Under the pieces are notes generated by a model, which saw only the letters and a list, made by a program, of their open reading frames with translations, did no database searches and had not been told where the DNA came from. From positions 682,001-746,000 of the forward strand of contig CM007989.1 in NCBI GenBank assembly GCA_002189035.1: 64,000 nucleotides of DNA. Direction: 5' to 3'. Below are positions 52,591-64,000 of this stretch, piece after piece. Within the stretch, counting starts at the first letter, position 1. Each line of letters opens with the position of its first letter. Source of the stretch: Utricularia gibba. Lineage: Eukaryota > Plantae > Magnoliophyta. Made by a program: the position numbers and the translations under genes.

Positions 52591-55500
52591 ATGTCGGCTA
52601 AGATGACTCCGAAAAGAAAGCAGCAGATGTCTTCAGCAGATGATCTCAATGAGCCACTGACCCCAGTAACCCCTGCGGAGCCAAGTAGGGCGCTGCGTCG
52701 TTCGACCCGCTTAACACCGGCTACGTCCCGAGGCTGTAAAGCGTCCTGTTGCCAGTCGCTGAATTTATCCATCAAAGAAAGGAATGCGCCGGCATATTCA
52801 CCTCTTTCTGTCTTAAAGTTCCCAGCTTCGCCTCCTGTCACCGAGCCCAAGAGGAAGAGGAGGCGCCACGATAATTCAACTGCAAGTACCGAAAAGAAGG
52901 TCACAAGAAGTGATAAATGTAGAAATACTAAGAGAAAAGTATACTACAGAAAAGTGGTGTTCGATGGTGTCGAATTTTCAATAGGGGATGACGTTTATGT
53001 GAAAAGGAGGGAGGATGCTGGCTCGGACGATGAGGAGCCGGAATTTGAGGAATGCAGGGTCTGCTTCAAGCCTGCTGGAAATCGAATTATGATCGAATGC
53101 GATGACTGCTTGAATGGTTTTCATTTGAAATGCCTGGCACCACCGTTGAAGGAGGTCCAGAGGGAGACTGGATATGTAACTACTGTGCGGCGAGAAAATC
53201 TGGAAAAGCCGTGAAATTTCCCGAACCGCCAATGGGAAAGAAAAGGGTTAGGACTGCTAGAGAGAAGTTTCTATCTAGTGATTTGTGGGCAGCCCGGATC
53301 GAGAGGTTTGTGCGGGACTCATAATTTTGAGCTCTAAAGCTTTTTCTAAGAAGGATTATTCTTTCTATTTCACATGTCAAAATTTTTGGCTTCTGTAGTT
53401 TATGGAAGAACGTTGATGGTACCTACTGGTGGAGAGCTCGGTGGTATATAATTCCAGAGGAGACAGCTGTTGGGAGGCAACCTCATAATTTGAGAAGGGA
53501 ACTCTACCAGACCAATGATTTTGCTGATCTGGAGGTGATTTCTTTGGGATGTGATCCTACGCCGCTGCCCATTCCTGATTTCTATCTCATAAACCCAGCG
53601 AATTGATCTTTAAATTTTCTGCTATGAAGTAGATCCTTTTTTCATCCATAGACGAAGTAGCTATATATATATCTGCTACTTCATATTCGAATTTCAGTGA
53701 TTTTTTTCTCTGTTACAGCTGATAAAAATCATCATCTTCACTTTCAAATTTTGTTCATGGCTTGACACAATGATAACCTTAAGATGTTTATATATGCATG
53801 GATAACACAATTTGCTCTGTGTTTTATGTGTTTCCTAAGATGCATAGACAGATGTTCAATGTTTTGAGACTGAGATTGTATGTTCTGATCGTTTGGTCTC
53901 CAGATGGAATCAATCATCAGGCATTGCTTTGTAATGAGCCCAACTGAATTCTCCACTGCTGGCAATGAAGGAGATGATGTATTCTTTTGTGAGTATGAAT
54001 ATGACATCAAGTGGAATAGTTTCAAGCGCATTGCTGAGGTTGAAAATGATAAAGAAGTAAGCAATGAACGCCTCTCACCACCTTGATGTCACATTTCTTG
54101 TGATTGATTTTAAATTTATTTTTTTACCTTCAGAATGTCAAAGGAGATGATGGTGACCATGATTGGGATTCATGTGATGATACGGATTCCCATTCTGAAG
54201 ATGAAATAGAATACGATGATGAAATGAAGAGAAGCCAGTCTTCCAAGTCTTTTTCATCCCAATATGTGGCAGCGGTATGCTACTCGAGAATTCATTTAAA
54301 AGTTTCTCCATCTTTTGCATCTTATGGCATTTGACTGATCATCAGCTCCTTGTTGAAACAGAACTCACGAAAAGGATGTATTTTTGGGCTGGAAAAGATT
54401 GGAGCTAAGAAAATACCAGAGCATGCTAGATCACGCAACCAAACTGACCTAGAAAGAGCAAAAGCAGCTCTTTTGCTTGCAACATTACCTGAGTCTCTCC
54501 CTTGTAGAGATAGGTGCGCTTGCTAGCTTACTGATTTGAGAGATTAGCAGTTTCCTTCATATCATTTATGGTTCTCTGGATAGGGAGATGAATGAGATAA
54601 CAACCTTTATAAAAGGTGCTATATGTGATGAGCAATGTCTAGGAAGATGTCTTTACATTCATGGTGTCCCAGGCACTGGCAAGGTAAGCACTTTCGTTTC
54701 TCTAATCAAATGCATAAAGAACACTATTAAATCAAATTTCACGCCAGGAATTATCTGCTTTGGAAATTTTATCCTTTCTGGTTAGTAATTTGTGTTTTCA
54801 TTTGCACCGCACCAACCTGAAGACAATGAGTGTACTCTCCGTAATGAAGAGCTTGAAGTCCGAGGTTGATCAAGGAACTCTGCGGCCGTATTGCTTTGTC
54901 GAGATTAATGGTCTCAAACTTCCTTCGCCTGAACACATGTACAGTGTGAGTACGCATGAGGTTTCATTCTCCCCCTATTTTTAGACCTCATTAATTTTGG
55001 AAATTCATCGCGTCCAGGTAATCTATGAAAGATTAAGTGGTCACAGAGTTGGCTGGAAAAAGGCACTGCAATTCTTAAACGAACGGTTCTGTGAAGAAAA
55101 TAACTCGGCCAAAGGAAAAAGACCCTGTATTCTCCTTATCGATGAGCTTGATCTTCTAGTTACCAGAAACCAGTCGGTAAGTTGTGCTTTTTGTTTGATG
55201 AATCGTAAAATCTGTTTTTTCTTTCCTGATTTCTAGTTTTCTCCAGATTTTGTACAATATTCTGGACTGGCCTACTAAACCAAACTCCAAACTCGTTGTG
55301 ATAGGTGAGAAATTAGCCCTTTTTGATAATGCTCATTTCTGAGTATCCGATAACTCAATGGTTTGCCTGAGCCTGGCATCTATCGTCTTTATTTTATATA
55401 ATAGGGATAGCAAACACAATGGATCTTCCAGAGAAGCTTCTGCCTCGAATTTCTAGTAGAATGGGTATACAAAGTCTCTGTTTTGGTCCATACAACTACC

Positions 55501-56801
55501 AGCAACTTCAAGAAATAATCTCAAGTCGTCTTAAAGGAATTGATTGTTTTGAGAAGCTTGCCGTTGAATTTGCTTCGAGGAAGGTAAGACTGAAATTCTC
55601 CCTCGATCAAGTTAACCACATTTTGCATTTATTTATTTTATAGGGGAACGCCCAGGAGGTTTTCTAGTAGAATAATGAATATTTGCCTTGGGTTTAGGTG
55701 GCAGCTGTCTCTGGTGATGCTCGCCGTGCATTAGAGATCTGCAGACGAGCTGCCGAGCTAGCTGATTATGCTCACAAAAGATCTAAAAGAGATCTAAAAG
55801 CTGGTAGTTCATCGCTTGCTTACACCTTTCAGCCACTTCTTGGTTCCTTCAAAAGTTTTTTGAGGATTTGATGAATCAGAATATTGATACGGCTCCCCCT
55901 TTTCACAGGAAAGCTCGTCGTCGGTATGGGAGATATTGAAGCAGCCATAAAAGAGATGTTCCAGGCTCCTCATATCCAAGTGAGCTTAATGATTGTTCAT
56001 GCCTGAATTCCTTTTTTTTATTGTGACTTCTTTAACAGTTATCTCATGCACTTTTCCTCATGCAGGTAATACGAAGTTGTCCAAAGTTAAGTAAAATTTT
56101 CTTGGCTGCTATGGTACACGAACTCTACAAAACCGGACTGAGTGAAACGACTTTTGATAAGGTAAGATGTAACCTTTTTTTTTCACTGATCATCTATATT
56201 TTGCCCCTACTCCTGACTACAACTTCGTATAGGAGGAAAATAATCTTAAGCATCAATCCCAGTTTAGTAGCCTATGACTCCAGTTCATGGAATATATTCT
56301 CTGACGCTTTATATCACCCCTGCAGCTTGCTTCTAGCGTCCATTGTTTCTGCTCAAGTAACGGGGAATCATTTCCGGGTTACGATGCTCTCCTTAAAGTC
56401 GGGTATGCTACTTACAACACTCCTAGTCCATATTCGTGTCAGGGTAATTCCCTCAAATCTCGTAATGGGGAGATCGTATAGGACGACTTACTAATAATGC
56501 TGTTACAACAAACAGATGCAAACTTGGGGAGTGCAGGATATTGCTGACCGAACCAGGGGAAAGACACAAGTTGCAGAAATTGCAACTCAACTATCCAAGG
56601 TGAGAAAAAAAGGCCCACAACAAAGAGATAACTACTACTTATTTCCCAGTCGTTGCCTTCCCATGTTCAACCTTATGTTTGCCTAGATCACTACTATGAT
56701 CACTCCTCAAAACTAAACGCTGGAAGTGTTCCTGCAGCGATGATGTGACCTTCGCTTTAAAAGAGTGCAAAGACATCCCTTGGTTGGCCAAGTACATCTA
56801 G
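52591..56801 (+). CDS. ORC1: Origin recognition complex subunit 1 (BAH with embedded PHD, AAA+, winged helix)
   Basis: FSIGDDVYVKRRED, PHD CRVCFK..IECDDCLNGFHLKCLAPPLKEV(P)EGDWIC, RRELYRTNDFAD, LERAKAALLL, CLYIHGVPGTGK, ILLIDELDLL, SGDARRALEICRRAAE, DDVTFALK..PWLAKYI*. A 1-nt deletion lies at 53157-53158. Confidence 0.96.
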
Positions 56802-57871
56802 ATCCACAAGGATCCATTGAACAGGAGGCTTGAGAAGCATCCCCATGCCAATGTACAATATCTCTACACCTGCTCAGGCAAGCAGCACCTGAACTCCAGC
56901 ATCCACAACAGAAGGCATCATCAATACATTCTACTGACTATGAGACACTCTGTGCTCTACAGCTTCCATTCTCAACATACCCCTTGCGTTTCCTGTAACA
57001 GAGAAGTGTATTTGACAATAACAAGGGAATAATATATTCCCTACTTAGTAGCTGATTACCTCTCCTGTCTCCCCACTCAGCATGGGGAATAGCATCTTCG
57101 TCAACTGACATGAATGTAATACATATTTACTTGGAGGGCTTTTTTGTCTTTCGGTCTCAACAAATTTGGTGACTTTAGGGCAACCCTATTGAATAATTTG
57201 ACTCATAATTTTGGGGAATTATTTCTGGAGAAAGGAGATGGGAAGAAGATGCCATTCCATCAAGCGATGCCCATTACTGCCTACAAAGAGGTTGAAGGGA
57301 GCTTCTCTCTTTCCGCATCGAGATCATCGTACCTCGGGCTTCAGTTTAGCCTCCATTACTACTTCAAGTTCAACTCCTTATTGAATGTTTCCTGCTACAT
57401 TCTCATGGCTTCTTCACTAGCTGTTAATGATCGTAAAGGCCCCCTCAGTCAGAAGCTACAGGTGTGTCCTTGAAGACGTTGACATCGAGGTTTGATATCT
57501 TTCACTTTGGTGCTTCTGTTCCGCCCCTTTTTTTGACCCAGTGTTGCGTTTCACGGGCGTGTTAGGTAATCGGGGGTCTGGATCCTATTTTTGTGGATTT
57601 TTTTTTCTTTATTGTTAATTTTCGTATTTTGCGTTTACTGGTTTTTGCTGCAAGGAGCTCTTTTGTGGGTTTTGGTTTACAGGTTCAAATGAGGGGATTA
57701 TATCTTTTGACGGTTTTAACGGCAGACTGGCATTCTTGTTTTACCTTTATGAATTTTTTTGTTCAGGGCCCAAAAAAGAATCCTTTTTTGAGGAGTTATT
57801 GATTTGAAGACTTAGTGTGCGCGATTAGGTCACTGTTGAAACGATAATTGGTAGTTCTTAGTTAGCAAGAG

Positions 57872-60539
57872 ATGTTACCTAGGAGGAATGCTGGCCATGT
57901 TTCACCAATCCTGTTGGTTTTACTGGCTTTTGGTTTCTTCATTGCTACATATAATTTTTTAGCACTAGTGATGCACAAGAGTGTTAAAAGTGGTGTTGAG
58001 GAAGTGAGGGATCCTGTAATCAGCGAAAAGAAGGGGTTAGTGAGTCCTAAATTCCACGTTGCATTGACAGCAACTGATGGAATTTATAACAAGTGGCAAT
58101 GTCGAGTTATGTACTACTGGTACAAGAAGATGAAAGATATGCCAGGATCAGATATGGGAGGTTTTACTCGCATTTTGCATTCAGGGAAGCCTGATAATTT
58201 AATGAAAGAGATGCCAACTATGGTTGTGGATCCTCTTCCTGAAGGTTCAGACAAGGTCAGCATCATAGCTTATGCGGTGCTTTGTTTACAGTTGTCTTAT
58301 GGGTGAATGTTCTGATCAGACAAGGCCAGCATCATAGGTTATGCCGTGTTATTTACAATTGTCTTATGGGTGAATGTTCTGTACATCATAAACTCTATGG
58401 AAGTGTTTTGTCTGCATTTTAGTGCTACATCTACATTTGGCTTTAGAGTCATGCTAATACCTTGTCCTACCTGCATACTTTTGTTATTTTGTTGCTATTC
58501 ACGTTGTGGATGTATTCTGCGTAAAGCCTTCAGAATATGGAAGAAGGGTCATAGAAACTAAAGCACATGAAGTTATTTTTTTTCGTGTAAGCATGACATA
58601 CAGCATCCAAAAACTCTAGCTTGGAGTTGATTTTGGCATAGGGGAGGTTAGGGGATTGCATTTCTACGGTTTACGTATTTTCTTCTGCAGATTAGCCTAT
58701 TTAGTTCAATTCAGCTTTAGAAGATTTTTTAAAGTAGAAAAGGTTGTCTTGTGACCTTAGGCCAAAATAGTCTTGTTTTAGAGTCTTCTTTAACTGATTA
58801 ACTCTAATTTTATTATATCATATTTTCTTGTGCATGGCAGGGTTACGTTGTCTTAAATCGGCCGTGGGCATTTGTTCAGTGGCTGAAGAAGGCAGTAATT
58901 GAGGAAGAGTAAGTTCTATTTGTGGTTTCATGGATGCTCTATTTCATGATCTGAATTAATATCATGGTCTTGATGATTCAGATATATTCTAATGGCAGAG
59001 CCTGATCACATATTTGTTAATCCATTGCCAAATTTGGCACATGGGGGTGCTCCTGCTGCATTTCCATTTTTTTACATAAAGCCAACTGATCATGAGAAAG
59101 TTATAAGGAAATATTATCCTGAGGAGAAAGGGCCAGTGACCAATATTGATCCCATCGGGAATTCTCCTGTGGTCATAAAAAAGGTGCCATTACCTTTTGT
59201 CTCAGTCCGTGGTTTTTACCTCGTGTATTTAATGTTCTTTCATAGAAAAATTTTTGGTGGCTATGAAACTGGTAAATACTGTTTACATTCTAGCATCGAG
59301 AACAGTGACTGCATTATTATGACAGAAGCTTTTCATTCTTTTGAAGAATAAAGTGCAACATTTGTGCCTCGGTATTTTCGTATCTCATGAGATCTATTTT
59401 CCCTCCTCCACAACATTTCATATGTAGTCGACTTTGGAGGTGATTGCACCTACTTGGATGAATGTGTCATTGCGAATGAAAGAAGACAAGGAAACTGATA
59501 AAGCCTTTGGATGGGTTTTGGAAATGTGAGTGGCATTTTGTGCTGAATTTCTTCTCAACAGTTATCCCCTTGTAGATAGCAGAAAACCGCTGCATCTTTA
59601 TACTTGGATATGGAAATTTGGGTTTTGGCCTGCTGGGGTTCTCTCATAACAAGTTTAACACGTTTTCTTTCTGTCAATTCCAGTCCTTTTAAAATTGATT
59701 TGTTACTCTGTCGTCACATCCCCTATTTTACAGGTACGGTTATGCCATTGCATCTGCATTACATGGAGTTAGGCACATTCTGCGTCATGATTTCATGCTA
59801 CAGGTATGGATGATTGCGTTTCCTTGTATACCTCTTGACTGTTGCCTGGTGTATAATGATTTCGTCTGCCATTTTATTACAGCCTCCGTGGGATACAAAA
59901 ATCGAGAACAAGTTCATCCTGCATTATACATATGGTTGTGATTACAACATGAAGGTAAATAACTCAATCTCACAGAGATGGCAACTATTCATGATCCGTT
60001 TGTTGAGTCTGGTGTTCATACTTTTCTCATATCATCTGTCCACTAAGTGTCGTGGCACAAAAATACTGTTCTGGGATATTACTCCCTTGAATTGCATCGG
60101 CATTCTTATGTTTTCAAGTATTGCTTATGCTCAGAATATGTAAACTTCAATCTCCTCTTCACTGAATCAATCTCTTATTCTGTGAAGCAAGCTCAAACAA
60201 CTTACTCTTCTGCACACACAGAATATGCTGCTATCTTCTGGCACATTTCATCTTTATTTCCTCATTGCAACAGGGTGAGCTGACTTATGGAAAGATTGGA
60301 GAATGGAGATTCGACAAGCGGTCGCACCTTCAAGGCCCTCCTCCACGGGATCTACCACTGCCTCCACCCGGCGTTCCTGAAAGCGTGGTACGTTCATTCA
60401 TCTCCTTGTTTCATAACAAGGGGTTGAGATGGACAGTCTTGTGAGCCGACTCTTCACTGTTCCTTTTTTCTTGCAGATAAGACTCGTCAAGGCAGTCAAT
60501 GAAGCAAGTGCAAACATTCCAAACTGGTACGAAATCTAA
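57872..60539 (+). CDS. HPAT: Hydroxyproline O-arabinosyltransferase (HPAT2/3, RDN family)
   Basis: TM anchor, KFHVALTATD..YNKWQCRVMYYWY, GYVVLNRPWAFVQWL, YILMAEPDHIFVNPLPNLA, IDPIGNSP, FGWVLEM/YGYAIASALHGVRH, HYTYGCDY, VNEASANIPNW. Confidence 0.95.
58247..58381 (+). repeat. About 67-nt tandem duplication of the HPAT exon 1 donor site and intron start
   Basis: TCAGACAAG|GTCAGCATCATAG..GGGTGAATGTTCTG (58247-58314) is followed by TCAGACAAG|GCCAGCATCATAG..GGGTGAATGTTCTG (58316-58381). Confidence 0.85.
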
Positions 60540-60857
60540 CGACTGGAGCTTCGAGTTTCCTGGCTGTGCAACATCATAGTTTCTTACTACACGAACCTGA
60601 ATTTTCGAAAGGGGAACAATATAGAAGATACCACAACGTTGATGAACAGAGTGAAATTGCAACTATGTGACTTTTGATGGTCAGTGCATTCTTCTGCGGA
60701 TCTTTTGTCTTCATTCCAGGCATATTCAACTAGTCGATACTGATCCAAAAGTGTCATAAATTCCACTATTTTATCAGGGTATTGCTACACAGCTCTTCAA
60801 TATTAACAATTCTCAATGCATAGTTTACATCTAAAGGGATTATACACAGAAACAAGA

Positions 60858-61826
60858 TTACAACTTATCTGCTGACCCGAAATGATTATGAGGAGAAGTC
60901 CCCAGGCCTTTCCATTTGAAGTTGATTGACTGCAGCCATGGGAAGAATGTGTTCCCAGTTTGCAGCTTAAGAAGGTTTCGTCGATACGGAATCAATACAT
61001 TCTTAAGACCTGCGATCGCCAAAGAACAACACATTCAAACAGCTTGCAATATTGAAAAAGCAATGGTACATCAAACAAGGACCTGAAATGCACATAAACT
61101 TGTAGAGATAAGCAATTCCGGGATCTCCCTTGGTGCTCATATGAGGCTTCTCCAAGCATTCTAAGAAGGCCAAGTCTGCCTTCAGGAGCTCAGCTTGATC
61201 ATGTGTGTCGTATCCTATATCATGGCAGTAGCAGCAAAAGTCTAGCCAATCAATGGGGCGCTTGTCCCAGATAGGAGACCCATTGTCTTTCCCACTGGAC
61301 CAATTTGGGCCACAGTAATGCCCGTATCGTGGGAAAAACTGCGACAGAAATCCTCTTGGACCTGTATGCCATGGAACCCTGGATACATATGGTCTAAATC
61401 GTATGCCAGAGTTCCTCGAAACAGCTTCAATGGTTCCATGCTGCTTCACTCGCTTCTTCAGCCCCCTGTTGATAGTTACTGGCAGCTGAACTCCATTGCT
61501 AGCCCTCACCGCCCAATGAATGATCGAAAACGGAGACCAATCCCAGAAATTGGGATTGGAGAAGGGCCCCTCTTTGGGTGACTCCAATACAGTACGAGCA
61601 GAAACAGCAGAAAATGATAAACTATCTTTGCTTTGAAAAGACCCAAACCAAGGAATCTGTCTGCGTATCTGGAGAAAGAATATGCGATTTAGCGCGCAAA
61701 TCCTAACAGGGAAAACACTTCAATTCTATACACATACAAGATGCAAAGCACTACAACGACACCCACATCGGAAATGCTCATTCCCAGAAATCACACGATT
61801 CACTCATACCCATAAAGAAAACTCAT
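60858..61826 (-). CDS. Phospholipase A2-like family protein
   Basis: MSFLYG/QIPWFGS..FRPYVSRVPWHTGPRGFLSQFFPRYGHYCGPNWSSGK..PIDWLDFCCYCHDIGYD..ADLAFLECL..CISG/LKNVLIPYR. It carries the YCG Ca-loop and the CCxxHD catalytic motif. Confidence 0.9.
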
Positions 61827-62999
61827 TTCCTCCTCGGATTCGGATTCACTGAAGCTCAACACAAGTAGTTTTCCCATTTACCCTAAACGCGACCATGACC
61901 GGAAACAAAACAGGTTCAGGCAACGTAAAGATACATAATTTTACCTCGGAAAGGCTCATCAAATAACCGAACGCGCGATCCCTCGAGAACAAAAACAAGC
62001 TGAAACCATAGAAAAGGAAAATCGATAATTCAGGGGAAATATTCGCAACCAGAACCAGAGATTTTAGCCTGAGCGAGAGGGAGGCAGCGAGGCCAGGAAG
62101 AGACGATGATTAGATTCGGAAAGCGCTCCCTTCTACGTGTCCGCCTCTCGACCGTTGGCTAAAAATACTTTCTACAAATAATATTAAACCAAAACAAATT
62201 TAATTACTATTTAAATTCCAGCCTTTAATATCATGAAACATAGACTTATTTTGTTTTCATAATTTATTGAAATAATTTTTTTTAATTTTTGAACTTTTCT
62301 AATTTTTAATCATTTTATAGTAAAATCATACATTAAGATTCTGTAGTTAATTTAAAAAATTATTGAATTTTTAAATTTTTGTTTTAATGATTAAATAAGA
62401 TAGTAATTAGTAAAAATATACAATAAACTTTTTATCTATTCTATAATATATATTTATATCACAATATTAAATTATATAATATATATATTATTTTATTAAA
62501 TTTATAATATTACATAAAATAGTTTATAATATCAAATTGATTTATTCTATAATCTTAAAAACTGATTCTATCATACATAATTTTCAATACAACTTCAAAT
62601 TATAAAATAAAGTTATAACAATTACAGCGAAAAACTAAATAAATAGAATGAAAATAATCTTTAAATGGATAAAATTAAAAAGCATATAAATTATAAATTA
62701 TAATTTTATAAAAGAAAAATATAACATATTCAGACAATTTCCTCACCTTATTTAATGTCATAGGAAGGGAGCACGTTCAACAGCCCTCATGCTGAGATCT
62801 TTGTCACAGTACGCGACGCTATCCACCACCTTTTTGAAGATTCCTGAGCATCATCATCATCCTGCGGCTTAGACGACACTGGTTTACAGGAATATCATTT
62901 CCCGGGAATCACACTTACCCGTTCCGTAGTGATGCAAACAGTGCGCGATCACGGTCTCCTTTGTCTCTTCATCCTCGCATTCACGAAGGGTTGCTGCAT

Positions 63000-64000
63000 T
63001 CAAGGAGGAAAAAAATGGTGAGCCCAGGTTGGTTGGGGTTGGGGTGAACCACACCACCCTGTGTTGTTTATACCTGCTATGTTGAGGACTACAACTCGCA
63101 GGAGCTGATTTCCCAAGTCAGATTGCTCTTCTTTGATCTGTGTTGCCCAATGCACGATGGCTTCTTGATGATCATCCACGATGGCTGATTCCAGAGTTGA
63201 TATGTATCCCATGTCGTCTGGGAGTTGAGTGAGGTTGGGGCATGCGATGAGGGCAAGGCGCTGAAGACTTGGGAAGGGGTTGGAGCCTTCGCTCGTCCAG
63301 CATTCCAGATCGCTTCTGTAAATTTCGAGTACCCTGAGGTTTTCGAAGTCCCCTTCCTTCATCTCCCAGACGCTTCCGAAGAAGACATTGTCCCTGACCT
63401 TGAGTACTTGAAGATTGGGTAGGGAACCGATTGCCCTGGCCATGTCCTCCCATCTGGCTCGCACTGCGCCTCCTCCCAGTTTCAGCTTCTTCAAGCTTGA
63501 TGGGAAGGTGAGGCTCTTCAGGAGTGGACTCTGCATGGACCATCCCAAGTCGTAGTATTCACCACTCCAACACTGGAGCTTCAGTATCTCGAGACGGGTG
63601 AGATGGCTGACATTGTTGAAGCAATATTCGGAACAAGACTCTTCTGTGGGAACAATGTCATAGAAAAGGTCCAGCTTCCTCATATTCGGTATCAGTTTCA
63701 CTGTCTCCTCCGTGAAGCAGAAGTTCCTGAGCTTTTCTAAAGAAAAGGTTTGGAAGTTGGTGCATTTTCTCTGTTGGACTGGGCAAGTAGGCGGGAGGAA
63801 AGAAGTCGACCTTCTTCAGTTTAGGCATCTTCCATATTTCAAGAGGTATGGTCAAAGACTTGATCATCCATGCGGTAGGTCCACACAAGCGAATGGTCAG
63901 GATCTCAAGGTTCTCCATCTTACAAATGCTCTGCGGAACATCTACGCCTTCAATGTCTGGAAAATTCAATTCTAAGTATCTTAAATGGCACAGTTTGAGC
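63000..64000 (-). CDS. 3' LRR region of an R1/Prf-like CC-NB-LRR resistance gene, frameshifted (possible pseudogene); 5' part lies beyond the window
   Basis: LCHLRYLEL..SICKMENLEIL..EIWKMPKLKKV, then after a frame change near 63742-63747 RNFCFTEETVKLIPNMRKL..LTFPSSLKKLKL..LPNLQVLK..WEMKEGDFENLRVLEI..PFPSLQRL..IKEEQSDLGN. Confidence 0.85.

Noticed and set aside
57144-57473. 109-aa ORF between ORC1 and HPAT
   Set aside because: Non-ATG start, no motif, and it overlaps the likely HPAT promoter/leader.
61761-61770. CCCACATCG resembling the plant snRNA upstream sequence element
   Set aside because: It lies in a PLA2 intron with no properly spaced TATA box or snRNA sequence downstream.

Overview
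Gene-dense eudicot nuclear DNA with short introns and AT-rich spacers. The R1-type NLR and the compactness suggest an asterid, possibly a compact-genome Lamiales lineage (inference only). About 20 protein-coding genes are recognisable: MCM7 (5' part), TBL6, ClpP5, INO80B/IES2, a P-class PPR, CYP21-4-like cyclophilin, ANXUR-type CrRLK1L kinase, an uncharacterised membrane protein, PRP43, an Agenet/DUF724 protein, ubiquitin-RPS27a, ZNF598/Hel2, an ABCG half-transporter, NADK1, a DUF604 glycosyltransferase, an ARPCKT-type membrane protein, NF-YA, ORC1, HPAT, a PLA2-like protein and the 3' end of an R1-like NLR. Features not visible in the ORF track: three decayed genes in the first 6 kb (an S1-bZIP/bZIP53 pseudogene with its sucrose-sensing uORF, a CP12 pseudogene and a WRKY IIe relic), a snoRNA cluster (dual-guide C/D snoR39BY-like plus an H/ACA RNA) divergent from RPS27a, a miR169 site and a probable GC-AG intron in NF-YA, E2F sites at MCM7 and ORC1, and a short interstitial telomere tract near an apparent synteny junction. 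At least six single-base G/C-homopolymer deletions break otherwise intact genes and are most likely assembly errors. No prokaryotic systems or CRISPR arrays were seen.
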